From positions 184,326,001 through 184,390,000 of the forward strand of contig NC_042997.1 in NCBI RefSeq assembly GCF_006345805.1: a stretch of DNA of 64,000 nucleotides, read 5' to 3'. Below, in pieces: positions 13,424-26,400 of the stretch. The position numbers were made by a program, and so were the translations under genes. This DNA is from Octopus sinensis (lineage: Eukaryota). Under the pieces are notes generated by a model that saw only the letters and a program-made list of their open reading frames with translations, made no database searches and had not been told where the DNA came from. The number at the start of each line of letters is the position of its first letter. Position 1 is the first letter of the stretch.

Positions 13424-14249
13424 TAGTTGAAAAATATCGTTATATGTATATAAATATACCATTAACAATTATATAAAAATGGAGGAGAAAAAGATGCTGA
13501 ATCAAAATTAGATTTAGTACAAAATAGATTCAATACATAACAATTCCTTGTTAAGTTCTCTTTGTCTTTTTCTGTCTGTATGTACATTTTTACTTTAATA
13601 TTGTAACTTTTTTCAAACATAGTCTTGCCTATCACTTCTAGCTTCGTGTAAAATATATATACATATAATTTATTCGTTTTTCAATATTAATATGTATAGT
13701 GTTCAACTCTCTATGTTTTTTTCTGCTAGTCCACCTGTTACGTTATATACTACTATACGCACGTGACCCTGTTTATTATACTTTGTCTCGACCTGTTACA
13801 ATTTTTTTTCAAACATACCCGTTAGCCTTTCATTCTTATTTTTATGTTATAGTTTACCGTACATATAGACGTGCATACACATTGATATGTCTTTCTTTCT
13901 CTTTCGTCTCTCTTACTATTATTATTACTGTTATTTTTACCCCATTTTACAACTTGCTTGTAAATATCCGATTTTTCCCCATTTGTATTCTCCCTTATTG
14001 TATCTTATTTTAATTTACTTTATTTTATTAAACCTTACAAAAATTCCTCATACTGATGAAAATGACAATGCAGAAACTTAATTATAATTACTATGGTTAT
14101 AATATTTTTCTTACATATTTGTATTGTCCTTTGAAATGTATGTATTGAATCCTAGTTTGTATTAAATGTAATTTTCATTCAACATCTTTTTCTCCTCCAT
14201 TTTTCTATAATTGTTTATATGGTATACCTATAACGATATTTTTCAACTA
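13424..14249. repeat. Diverged inverted repeat pair (about 110-115 bp arms, about 600-bp spacer)
   Basis: 13424-13539 (TAGTTGAAAAATATCGTTATA...AAAAATGGAGGAGAAAAAGATG...GATTCAATACATA) is the reverse complement of about 14139-14249. Confidence 0.75.
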
Positions 14250-14489
14250 TATATATATATATATATCATGGGATTTTGTTTTACAACGATGGCCACAATG
14301 CACTTCTTCGCCAACCCGTCGTAGGGACACCTATTTACAGTTTAGTGGACTGGAGTAACAAGGAGAAATGAAGTGCTTTACTCTAGAATACGACGCACCA
14401 CAGACCTGGGAACTGAAACTTCGCTCTGGCAAACATTATACTATAACTACTAGGACACGCGCCTTAACCTATGTATGCATACATATATA

Positions 14490-15715
14490 GAGGGTGCGTA
14501 AGGTATTTGAGGACATACCTCCTTTGGGTCATTTTTGCATTTTTTGCTAACTCTGTATAATCTTTGTTTCAGAAAATAATAATGGCAGACGCTCAGCTTA
14601 CTCAAGAAATGCTGTTATAAAGGCTGAGCATTGCGATTTAGAAATATCTCGACTTTTTAAAGTTGCCAAATATTTCGTCTACAAATATTGTAAGGAGCTA
14701 GAGACTGAAGATGGAAATGTATCAACAGTGTCAAAGCATAAAAAGCATTCTAAACCCTCTGAAATTATCAGAGTGCCTGAATGTATCCCACAGGTTCAAC
14801 ACACCACTGATTACAATCCCAGTGTATGCAATGAGATCAATTGCAAAAGATATCCATGTGTCAGAAAGAACAGTCAGAAATGTTGTCCACGAAGACCTCA
14901 GATGATGATGAGGAAAGTTCAATTTGTCAGAAAAACAAAAGAAAATCACTACATCAGATCTAAAAAGCTTTTTAACCAACTGAAAAATCCAGCAGATTTG
15001 ATTTGGTTTTTCTCAAATGAGAAAAACTTCCACCAAGATCAAAAAGTTAACAGAAGAAATGACAGATGGTTATGTGCAGGCCCTTCTGAAGTTCCAAGTG
15101 TTATGCATACAAAATTTCCTGCAACTGTTATGGTTTTAGGTGTTGTCAGTAATGAAGGACATGTCATGCCTCCTTACTTCTTTCCTCAAGGACTTAAAGT
15201 TAACTCTGCTGCCTACATTGAGGTACTGGAAATACTTGTTAAGCACTAGATAGACAGTGTATGCAATGGAAGGCCATATGTTTTTCAGTAAGACTCTGCA
15301 CTATCACACATGGTTCTAGTAAACCAGGAATGGATGGCTGAAAATTTTCGTGATCACATAACCCCTAACATTTGGCCTCCTAATTACCCAGATCTCAATC
15401 TATTGGACTATTACATGTGAAGCGTTGTTGAGAGAGAGAGGTCAATGAATATGTCCATAACACCAAAGATTCTTTGAAAGCTGCCATAGTCAGAGTAATG
15501 CCCAAAATGAACCAGGACCACTTGATTCGAGCATGTAGATGATTTAGATCTCATATAGAAGCAGTTGTTGAAGCTGAATGTGGCTGAACATTTTAGAAAA
15601 CAAGGTTTATTTTTATCCTCATAGCGCTTTTTGATAAATAAAGTTATTATCTGTTATTATATATCTGTTTTTTCTTATATACATAAATCTGTCCTCAAAT
15701 ATCTTACGCACCCTG
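14490..15715 (+). mobile_element. TIR-to-TIR DD37D (maT-type) Tc1/mariner transposon
   Basis: TA flanks both ends. TIRs are (G/C)AGGGTGCGTAAG(G/A)TATTTGAGGACA. The element is about 1.23 kb and carries a degenerate transposase. Confidence 0.93.
14582..15590 (+). pseudogene. DD37D transposase pseudogene
   Basis: Motifs WFFSNEKNF, VMVLGVVSNEG, VFQ*DSALSH, WPPNYPDLNLLDYY. I counted 37 residues between the second and third catalytic D. In-frame stops are present. Confidence 0.9.
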
Positions 15716-16105
15716 TATATATGTATGTGTGTGCGTGTATGTGCACGCGTGAGTGTTTATTGGAACGATATTTGGAACGATATGTGAATGGGTGAAATAA
15801 TTTAGTTTATTTTAATTTGAATGGAGAAATGAAAGCAATAAGGAGAAAGACGTACAAAAATAAATGTAGACAACATTAATAGCACAGAAAGAAAATCTAA
15901 ATATGAAAGTAACAAAAGTGTTGCCTTAACATTATCATAAATACGTGAGTATACATCTTCGAGTATTTGATTCAAAACATCCCATGTTATGAATTATGGA
16001 ATTTCATTGAATATATATTTCCAAAATATCAATCACACACTGTCCGTCTTTCTGTCTCTTTACATGTATACATCCAGCCATATATTCACACACACACACA
16101 CGCAC

Positions 16106-16194
<89 letters not shown>

Positions 16195-17542
16195 TAGACA
16201 TATATATATATATACAAATACAATGCATATACGTATATGCATGTGATGTATGTGGTGCATGTATGCATATGTGGGTATGTATATGTATGTGCTTGTGTGT
16301 AACGTGAACCGAATACATGCTCATATGTAGGCGCACTGTGAAGCATCTAAGCTGTTGAAATTTTACATAGAGGTACATATTTGTCGGAAGAAGGCTATAG
16401 GTTACAGAGCACTTCCTGAAATGTATTACTTTTAACACCAGTAAAAAAAAACAAATAAAAAAATAGTGTATGATTATATCGAAGCACTGCAATATACAGC
16501 AGATTACTGATTAAGAAGAATATTTAAATTCGAATAATTATGTAAATTAGTACAGAATTTTGCAAAATAAAATCAATAAAAACTAAGTGCTCCGAGGAAA
16601 TTAAAAATATAATTTTAATTGTATTTTTGTTCATTTTTATGAAGATTAGGTTCAACCACCTTCTAAAAGGTTGGGAAGTGATATTTCCGAATGAATGAAC
16701 GTTCCGGGACCAGTTGAAAATTGTCAGCATCTAATAGTAATACTACTACCTCGAATTATTTGCTCCAATTATTTAAATCTTAGGTTAAAATTCCTATAGA
16801 TGTCAACTTTGCCTTTCCTTTTGCAATGGTCGAGCATAGAGCAGCAGCTAAAATTCCAGGGTCGATATAATGAACACTATTTACTCCATAAATGTGTTGC
16901 TTTGTGCGTATGATGCAAATGATAGGCAGTATTAGTATTAATAAACCCAAACAAGGGCGGGCACATAAGCATTCACATGCACGAACGTACACGTACGCAC
17001 ACGCAGACGCACGCGCGCGCGCGCACACACACACACACACACGTTCACACAGAAACATGTATGCACATACTTACGCACTCAGCGTTACACATAAACAACA
17101 GGTCATCCCATAAGTTCTGTCCGAATTTTTAATAAAACAAGTGATCAAATGTTTAATTGAAATTTAATCATCAATGTACTTTCCCTGATTATCTATGACT
17201 TCCTTCCATCTATTTACAAGCTTTTTAATTCCATCAATGTAAACTCTTTGGTTTCAAAGCGAAGAACTCTGAAATGTCAGTTTCGACCTCCGCCTGGCAA
17301 AAAAAAAAAAAACAAAACAAAAAACTTTTGTCTGGTGATTTTGCCTGCTAAATTCAAAAATAAATATTCAGTTCTTCTCTATAAGGTCTAGTTTTCTGAC
17401 TAAACCAGATAGAGTAAGTATTTTATTCACACAAGAGGCATATAATACACACACACAGATAGATATATCTATCTATCTATCTGTGTGTGTCTACCTACCT
17501 GCCTACCTACCTACATACCTACCTACCTACCTACCTACCTAC

Positions 17543-17600
<58 letters not shown>

Positions 17601-17601
<1 letters not shown>

Positions 17602-20163
17602 AAGGCAGGGTGCTGCGAAGGTGCCATCACGGCGGCGGAAGTGCGGGAAGCGATGGCAGAATGCTCGAGGGACAAATCACCGGGTTTGGATGGTCTACCC
17701 TACGAATTTACTATTGTTGCCAGACTGTGTTTGGAGACGTCTTGGCAGCGGTATACTGCAACTGGCAGCAAAACGGGAGCAAACCCGGTTTTGTGAGTCG
17801 AGGAGCTGTAACTCTGCTGAAGAAAGATCCAAACAGGGAAACATTATAGATAACTTTAGGCCAATCACTCTGCTCAATGCAGACCTCAAAATTTTGACAA
17901 AGGTGTTAGCCAAGAGGTTGGCGCTTGTCATGGAGAAACTGGTCGACACGCACAAACGTGCGCCGTGCCGGGCCGGAGCATCCATGACAACCTCCATCTG
18001 ATGCGCTACATCATAGACAGGGTGTTTTAACGAACCTGGCATGGGTGGGGCCCTGATCAACTTGGATCAATCGAAAGCTTTGATAGGGTAGACCATCGAT
18101 ACTTGGGGGCGGTCTGAGAGCGGCTGGTTTCGGTCCCGTCTTCCGCGGCTGGATAGCTGCCTTGTACAGGGGCATCCGTTCGGTAATTCGCGTAAATGGA
18201 CATCTATCGAGACCCTTCGACATTGCACGTTCGGTCCGTCAGGGATGCCCCCTCTCGGCGCTTCTATACGTATTGACTCTTGAGCCACTACTGCGGAAGC
18301 TGGCGACTCTGAGGGGCATCCCGCGAGAATTAGGATGCGGACGAGCGTGTCTGCATACGCGGACGACGTCACCGTCATAGTGTCAAGCCACGAGCACATC
18401 GAGCTGGTCGGCGAGACACTGAAAGACTACGAAGCGGTGACAGGAGCAAAAATCAACCGGGAAAAGTCAGTGGGCTTGCGGCTCGGCACCTGGAGAAGCA
18501 AACCCATGCCGTCCACCAGTACCTCCGTCGTGGGACGCTGGACAGACGGCCCGGTTGAGTTGCTCGGGGTCTGGTTCGGTCCGGACCTCCAAATGGAGAA
18601 GAACTGGAACGAATATAACGAGTAGGGTGGTCACTCTCGCCCAGCAATGGGCCGAGAGGAAACTGTCCCTAAAAGGTCGGGCGGAGGTGGTGAACGCGTA
18701 CATCGCGTCCATCATCTACTACCGCCTGACCGTCGTACCTTGTCCCGACCCTACCATCACCCAACTAGAACGCATCCTCTTCCGCTTCTTGTGGAAAGGA
18801 TGCGTCCCGATGGTCAGGCGATCCATTTGCTGTCAACACCCGTTAAAAGGAGGGCTGGGCATGCCGTGGTTGATGATGCGCAGACACGCGCTGAGACTGC
18901 GACATCTCCGGCTCTAATGTAGACGACGGTGAACAGGTGTGGTCGCCGTTTGTGAGGCCGCATTCCCGCAACTCGTCTCCATGACCGAACTACAGTCGTG
19001 GATCAAAAAGAGGCCGAAGAAGGGCGAATGGCACCGCGAGTGTCGCGTTGCTCTCAAGCAACTCTGCCGTCCCGGTCGACCTTGAGTGACTTCAACACAA
19101 CCAAAGCATTCTATAGGGGATTAGTGGAGGGGAGGTACGACGACCGAGCTCGGGGCAAACCTGGGCGTCGACGAGGAATACCTGACCCGCCGTTTCAAAC
19201 GACTTTCGGCCCGGGACCTATGGACAACTTCCAGAGATCCCTGGCCTGGCGGTGCTACCGAAGCGCTACCCGTTCGGGATAAGCTCTATAGGCATGGCTC
19301 GAGAAACACGGGGCCGACCTGCCCGAGATGCGGGCAGAGCGACGAAACCGCTCTGCACGCAATCGTGCAGTGTCCAGCAATTTCCCACCGTGGGCTTATG
19401 TCGAACGACTGCTGCTGTCACGTGTGGGACGTTTCGGTTTATCAGCCGAGTCTATCGTTAATATCGTCACGCCTCCTTCCTTCAAACGGGAAGGAAGAGC
19501 TATTTTTATCATACTTGTGGCTATGGCGAAAGAATGTATCTGGTGGACGCGTCTGAAAGATTAGAGACAAACACTTTCCTCTCTGGTCAATCTCTCATCA
19601 ACTTCTTCAAGTATCACTTGAAAAAAAAGTGAGAGTAGAGAGGCAAGTTTTGTCTAGTGAATGTTTTAAAAAAAGATGGGTGAATGTAGCAAGGATGGCA
19701 CGTATGAATGACGAAGCCACCTTGACTATGATTCTATGAACCGTAAAAATTAATACAGAGAGTTGCTTATTTGCAAAAAAAAAAAAAAAAAGAAATATAA
19801 CATGTGACTCATTGACCGAGGTTACCGTGGTCTTTTCCGTAGGCTTTTCTTTCCACGGGTAAACCTCACCTGTCCCCCCCTTTACACTTCATATTGACAT
19901 TTCGTGATAACGATCCCTATTGATCAATTTTTTCCTCTCCCCCTTTTTTTTAACCCCCCCCTTTTTTTTTGTCCTCTTTCTCTCCTTTTAACGATCCCTT
20001 TTGATCGACCCCCCCCTTTTTTTTTTTTTATTTTTATTTTATTTTTATTTTTTTTCTTATTTTTTATTTTTTTATTTTTATTTTTTTTAAACCTTCAAAG
20101 AAAAGCTCTACCTTGTAATTTGTTCTATCTGTGTGCAGCCCTGTGTGGCTAATAAAGAAACAT
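17601..20163 (+). mobile_element. Tx1/L1-clade non-LTR retrotransposon copy A (5'-truncated just before the RT)
   Basis: Motifs NFRPITLLNADLKILTKVLAKRL, SVRQGCPLSALLY, SAYADDVTV and CPRCGQSDET..H...QC. The copy ends at CTAATAAAGAAACAT followed by (ATCT)n. Confidence 0.95.
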
Positions 20164-20172
20164 ATCTATCTG

Positions 20173-20226
<54 letters not shown>

Positions 20227-20246
20227 ACTCTATCTATCTGTGTGTG

Positions 20247-20317
<71 letters not shown>

Positions 20318-20370
20318 GTCTGTCTGTCTGTGTGTGTCTATCTATCTGTCTGTCTGTCTGTCTGTGTGTG

Positions 20371-20408
<38 letters not shown>

Positions 20409-20409
20409 A

Positions 20410-20472
<63 letters not shown>

Positions 20473-20529
20473 GTCTGTCTGTCTGTCTGTGTGTGTCTAT
20501 CTATCTGTCTGTCTGTCTGTCTGTGTGTG

Positions 20530-20607
<78 letters not shown>

Positions 20608-20649
20608 AATCTATCTGTGTGTGTCTATCTATCTATCTTCTATCTATCT

Positions 20650-21698
20650 AAAGTGACTTCAACACAACAAAGCATTCTATAGGGGTTTAGTGGAGGGGAG
20701 GTACGACGACGAGCTCGGGGCGAACCTGGACGTCGACGAGGAGTACCTGACCCGCCTGTTCGGGAAGACTTTCGGGCAGGGCCCCGACAACTCCAGAGAT
20801 CCCTGGCCTGGCAGTGCTACCGAGAAGCGCTAACCGTTCGGGATAAGCTCTACAGACACGGCTCGAGAAACACGGGCCGACCTGCCGAGATGCGGTCAGA
20901 GCGACGAAACCGTTCTGCACGCACTCGTTCAGTATCCAACAATTTCCGACCTGTGGGCTTATGTCGAAAACACGGCTGTCACGTGTGGGACGAGTCGGTT
21001 ATCAGCTGAGTCTATCGTCAATATTGTCACGCCCCCTTCCTTCAAACGGGAAGGAAGAGCTATTTTCATCATCTTGTGGCTATGGCGAAAGAATGTATCT
21101 GGTGGACGCGTCTGAAAGGATTGGAGACAAACACTTCCTCTCTGGTCAATCTCTCATCAACTTCTTCAAGTACACTTGAAAAGGAAAGTGAGAGTAGAGA
21201 GGCCAAGTTTTGTCTAGCGAATGTTTTAAAAAAAGATGGTGAATGTAGCAAGAATGGCCCGTAATGAAGACGAAGCCACCTTGAGCATAGTCTATGAACC
21301 CAGAAATCGAAAACAGAGAGTTGCTTATTTGCAAAAAAAAAAAAAAAAAAAAAAAGAATATAAAATGTGACTTCATTGACCGAGGTTACCGTGGTCTTTT
21401 CCGCAGGCTTTTCTTTCCACGGGTAAACCTCACCTGTCCTCCCCTTTACACTTCATATTGACATTTCTGTGATAACGATCCCTATTGATCATTTTTTTTT
21501 CCTCCCCCCCCCCTTTTTTAAAATTTTTTTTTTTTTTAACCCCCCTTATTTTTGTCCTCTTTCTCTCCTTGACGATCCCTTTTGATCGAACCTCCCCTTC
21601 CTTTTTTTTTTTTTTTTTTTTTAATACCTTCAAAAGAAAAGCTCTACTTGTAATTTGTTCTATCTGTGTGCAGCCCTGTGTGGCTAATAAGAAAACAT
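20650..21698 (+). mobile_element. Tx1-clade copy B (3' about 1.05 kb)
   Basis: Near-identical to the 3' end of copy D. It starts directly after (ATCT)n and ends at ...AATAAGAAAACAT-(ATCT)n. Confidence 0.93.
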
Positions 21699-21723
21699 AT
21701 CTATCTATCTATCTGTTTGTCTG

Positions 21724-21783
<60 letters not shown>

Positions 21784-21789
21784 GCTATA

Positions 21790-21830
<41 letters not shown>

Positions 21831-21837
21831 GTCTATC

Positions 21838-21997
21838 TTTTTTTAACCCCCCTTTTTTGTCCTCTTCTCCTTTTACGATCCTTTTGATCGAAACTCCCCC
21901 TTCCTATTTTTTTTTTTTTTTTAAACCTTCAAAAGAAAAGCTCTACCTTGTAATTTGTTCTATCTGTGTGCAGCCTGTGTGGCTAATAAAGAAACAT
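21838..21997 (+). mobile_element. Tx1-clade copy E (3' UTR only, about 160 bp)
   Basis: Last about 160 nt of the 3' UTR, ending at GGCTAATAAAGAAACAT-(ATCT). Confidence 0.85.
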
Positions 21998-22016
21998 ATC
22001 TATCTCTCTGTGTGTG

Positions 22017-22070
<54 letters not shown>

Positions 22071-22098
22071 ATCTATCTATCACTCTATCTATCTATCC

Positions 22099-22142
<44 letters not shown>

Positions 22143-22149
22143 GTGTGTG

Positions 22150-22199
<50 letters not shown>

Positions 22200-22216
22200 A
22201 ATCTATCTGTGTGTTG

Positions 22217-22254
<38 letters not shown>

Positions 22255-22284
22255 GTGTGTGTCTATCTATCTATCTATCTATCT

Positions 22285-23382
22285 ACCGCGAGTGTCGCGT
22301 TGCTCTCAAGCACAACTCTGCCGTCCTGGGTCGACCTTAAGTGACTTCAAACAACCAAAGCATCTATAGGGGTTTAGTGGAGGGGAGGTACGACGACGAG
22401 CTCGGGGCGAACCTGGACGTCGACGAGAGTACCTGACCCGCCTGTTCGGGACGACTTTCGGGCCAGGGCCCATGGACAACTTCCAGAGATCCCTGGCCTG
22501 GCAGTGCTACCGAGAAGCGCTACCCGTTCGGGATAAGCTCTACAGACACGGCTCGAGAAACACGGGCCGACCTGCCCGAGATGCGGTCAGAGCGACGAAA
22601 CCGTTCTGCACGCACTCGTTCAGTGTCCAACAATTCCGACCTGTGGGCTTATGTCGAACAACTGCTGTCACGTGGGGACGAGTCGGTTTATCAGCTGAGT
22701 CTATCGTCAATATTGTCACGCCTCCTTCCTTCAAACGGAAGGAAGAGCTATTTTCATCATCTTGTGGCTATGGCGAAGAATGTATCTGGTGGACGCGTCT
22801 GAAAGGATTGGAGACAACACTTTCCTCTCTGGTCAATCTCTCATCAACTTCTTCAAGTACACTTGAAAAGGAAAGTGAGAGTAGAGAGGCAAGTTTGGTC
22901 TAGCGAATGTTTTAAAAAAAGATGGGTGAATGTAGCAAGAATGGCACGTATGAATGACGCGAAGCCACCTTGAGCATAGTCCTATGAACCCAGAAATCGA
23001 AAACAGAGAGTTGCTTATTTGCAAAAAAAAAAAAAAAAAAAAAAGAAATATAAAATGTGACTTCATGACCGAGGTTACCGTGGTCTTTTCCGCAGGCTTT
23101 TCTTTCCACGGGTAAACCTCACCGTCCTCCCCTTTACACTTCATATTGACATTTCTGTGATAACGATCCCATTGATTCATTTTTTTTTCCTCTCCCCCCC
23201 TTTTTTTTTTTTTTTTTTTTTTTCTCCCCCTTATTTTTGTCCTCTTTCTCTCCTTTTACGATCCCTTTGATCGAACCTCCCCCTTTTTTTTTTTTTTTTT
23301 TTTAATACCTTCAAAAGAAAAAGTCTCTACCTTGTAATTTGTTCTATCTGTGTGCAGCCCTGTGTGGCTAATAAAGAAACAT
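22285..23382 (+). mobile_element. Tx1-clade copy C (3' about 1.1 kb)
   Basis: Starts ACCGCGAGTGTCGCG after (ATCT)n, carries the CCHC and C-terminal coding remnant, and has the same 3' junction. Confidence 0.93.
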
Positions 23383-23422
23383 ATCTATCTATCTATCTAT
23401 CTATCTATCACTCTATCTATCT

Positions 23423-26400
23423 GGCTTGGGGTCCCTTGGAACAAGGGTACCTCTTAAATGACATAAAGTCACATAAGTTAGAAATCATAGCCATAAGCGA
23501 GACCAGACTCCACAATCGCGGGCCCTAAAGACCATGTTTGGCGGACAGTTCAACATTTATTTTTCCCCCTGTCTGCCGAGAATGGGCGGTAGTGGCACCG
23601 CGGTACTTTTTCACAAGAGTCTGGATTTAATGTAAGGACAATATTCGTAGACCGGAGGGTAGACTGGTCGTCCTGATGTCGACGGCAGCAATGGGTGCGC
23701 TTTTCGGCTCGTATCAGTTTACGCACCGCCTTAACAGGTCGGGCGGATTTCTTTCAACGTCTAGAAGTTTTCTTGGGAACGTCTCGTCCTTTACTCTTAG
23801 TGGGGGATTGGAATGCTACCTTGGACACGCATGTAGACTACGTGGGTAGAGATAGGATAGACGGGGATGCAAATGCCTCAGAGACCTGCTCAGACGCTTT
23901 CAACTGTCTGACAGGTTTCGACTAGACCACCGAATGCGCCAAACGTGGACATGGAGCAACCGCATCGGTCGTCGAGATCGTATCTAGATAGGATACGTGG
24001 AGGACAGTAGATAGAGATAGCATAGGATGTCCACCATTCCACATAGTCAGCTACACGGATCACAAACTTGTGACATGTACGCTAGACTTAGTAAGACACT
24101 TAGGCAGGTCCCGGATACTGGAAACTAAACGCGTCTTTCCCATCGAGACAGTTTTCAGAGACCGGATTAGCACACTAGTAAAGAGGGCTTTGACGGGAGC
24201 CATCATCAACAACAAATGGTGGTTTTGCCCTCAAGAAGCAGTAAAAGCAGAAGCGATTAGGTACAGCAAAGCACTAGCATAGATAGAAATAGAGTAGAGG
24301 GTGAGCTAGTTAAGAAGCTAGAAGAGGCAATTAGAAGCGGCATCGCATCCGACGTTTTGGCGGCGAGGTGGCCCTCGACCAACACTCAACGCCAAACACG
24401 AAGGATGTGCTGTCAGAGCTAGGATGCGTGCTCTAAGGACGACGAGGTGTTGGAGCCGCGAGAGAGGCCCGGGTGGCAGAGGCGCAACAGGGCAACAAAG
24501 CCACCATCGGTCACTGGTAGATGAACAGGGGCGCGAAATTGCTCGAGCCAGTAAAATGTGTGAGGCCTTTCAGCAGCATTTTGCCCGACTGTTCGGAACG
24601 AGTGGAGGGCAAGAACGTAGGGGGTTCAGTGCCTACCTACATAGCCTACCACGACTCTCGACAAGAAAGGCAGGGTGCTGCGAAGGTGCCATCACGGCGG
24701 CGGAAGTGCGGGAAGCGATGGCAGAATGCTCGAGGGACAAATCACCGGGTTGGATGGTCTACCCTACGAGCTTTACAATTGTATGCCAGACTTGTTTGGA
24801 GATCTCTTGGCGGCGGTGTACTGCAACTGGGCAGCAAAACGGGAGCATTCTGGTTTTGTGAGCCGAGGAGCCGTAACCTGCTGAAGAAAGATCTAAACAA
24901 GGGAAATGTAATAGATAACTTTAGGCCCATCACTTGCTTAATGCAGACTCTGAAATTTTGGCCAAGGTGCTAGCCAAGAGGTTGGCGCTTGTCATCGAGA
25001 AACTGGTCGACAGGCGCAACATCGCCGTGCCAGGCCGGACCATCCATGACACCTCCATCTGATGCGCTACATCATAGACAGGGTAGTTAACGAACCTGGC
25101 ATGGGTGGGTTTGGGGCCCTGATCAACTTGGATCAATCAAAAGCCTTTGATAGGGTAGACCATCGATACTTGGAGAGGCAGTCCTGAGAGCGGCTGGTTC
25201 GGTCCCGTCTCCGCGGCTGGATAGGGCTTGTACAGAGGCATCCGTTCGGTAATTCGCGTAAATGGACATCTATCGAAACCTTTCGACATTGCACGTTCGG
25301 TCCGCCCAGGGATGCCCCCTCTCGGCGCTTTTCTATACGTATGACTCTTGAGCCACTACTGCGGAAGCTGGCGACTCTAAGGGGCATCCCGCGAGAATTG
25401 GGATGCGGGACGACGTGTCTGCATACGCGGACGACGTCACCGTCATAGGGTCTAGCCACGAGCACATCGAGCTGGTCGGCGAGACACTGAAAAAAACTAC
25501 GAAGCGGTGACAGGAGCGAAAATCAACCGGGAAAAGTCAGTGGGCTTGCGACTAGCACCTGAGAGCAAGCCCATCCGTCCACCAGCGCCTCCGTCGTGGG
25601 ACGCTGGACCGACGGCCGGGGTTGAGTTGCTCGGGGTCTGGTTTGGTCCGGACCTCCAAGTGGAGAAGAACTGGAACGAAGATAACGAGTAGGGTGGTCA
25701 CTCTCGCCCGGCAATGGGCCGAGAGGAAACTGTCCCTAAAGGTCGAGCGGAGGTGGCGAACACGTACATCGCGTCCGTCATCTACTACCGCCTGACCGTC
25801 GTACCTTGTCCCGACCCTACCATCACCAAACTACAACGATCCTCTTTCGCTTCTTGTGGAAAGGATGCGTCCCGATGGTCAGGAGGCGATCCATTTGCTG
25901 TCAACACCCGTTAAAAGGAGGGCTGGGCATGCCGTGGTTGATGATGCGCAGACACGCGCTGAGACTGCGACATCTCTGGCTCTATGTAGACGACGGTGAA
26001 CAGGTGTGGTCGCCGTTTGTGAGGCACGCTTTCCCGCAGCTCGTCTCCATGACCGAACTGCAGTCGTGGATCAAAAGAGGCCGAGGAAGGGCGAATGGCA
26101 CCGCGAGTGGTCGCGTTGCTCTCAAGCACTCTGCCGTCCTGGGTCGACCTTAAGTGACTTCAACACAACCAAAGCATTCCTAGGGGTTTAGTGGAGGGGA
26201 GGTACGACGACGAGCTCGGGGCGAACCTGGACGTCGACGAGGAGTACCTGACCCGCCTGTTCGGACGACTTTCGGCCAGGGCCCATGGACAACTTCCAGA
26301 GATCCCTGGCCTGGCAGTGTGCTACCGAGAAGCGCTACCCGTTCGGGATAAGCTCTACAGACACGGCTCGAGAACACGGGCCGACCTGCCCGAGATGCGG

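Noticed and set aside
14012-14062. CTGATGA...GAAAC, hammerhead-like
   Set aside because: Stem II does not pair and there is no NUH triplet in register; at best it is a decayed remnant.
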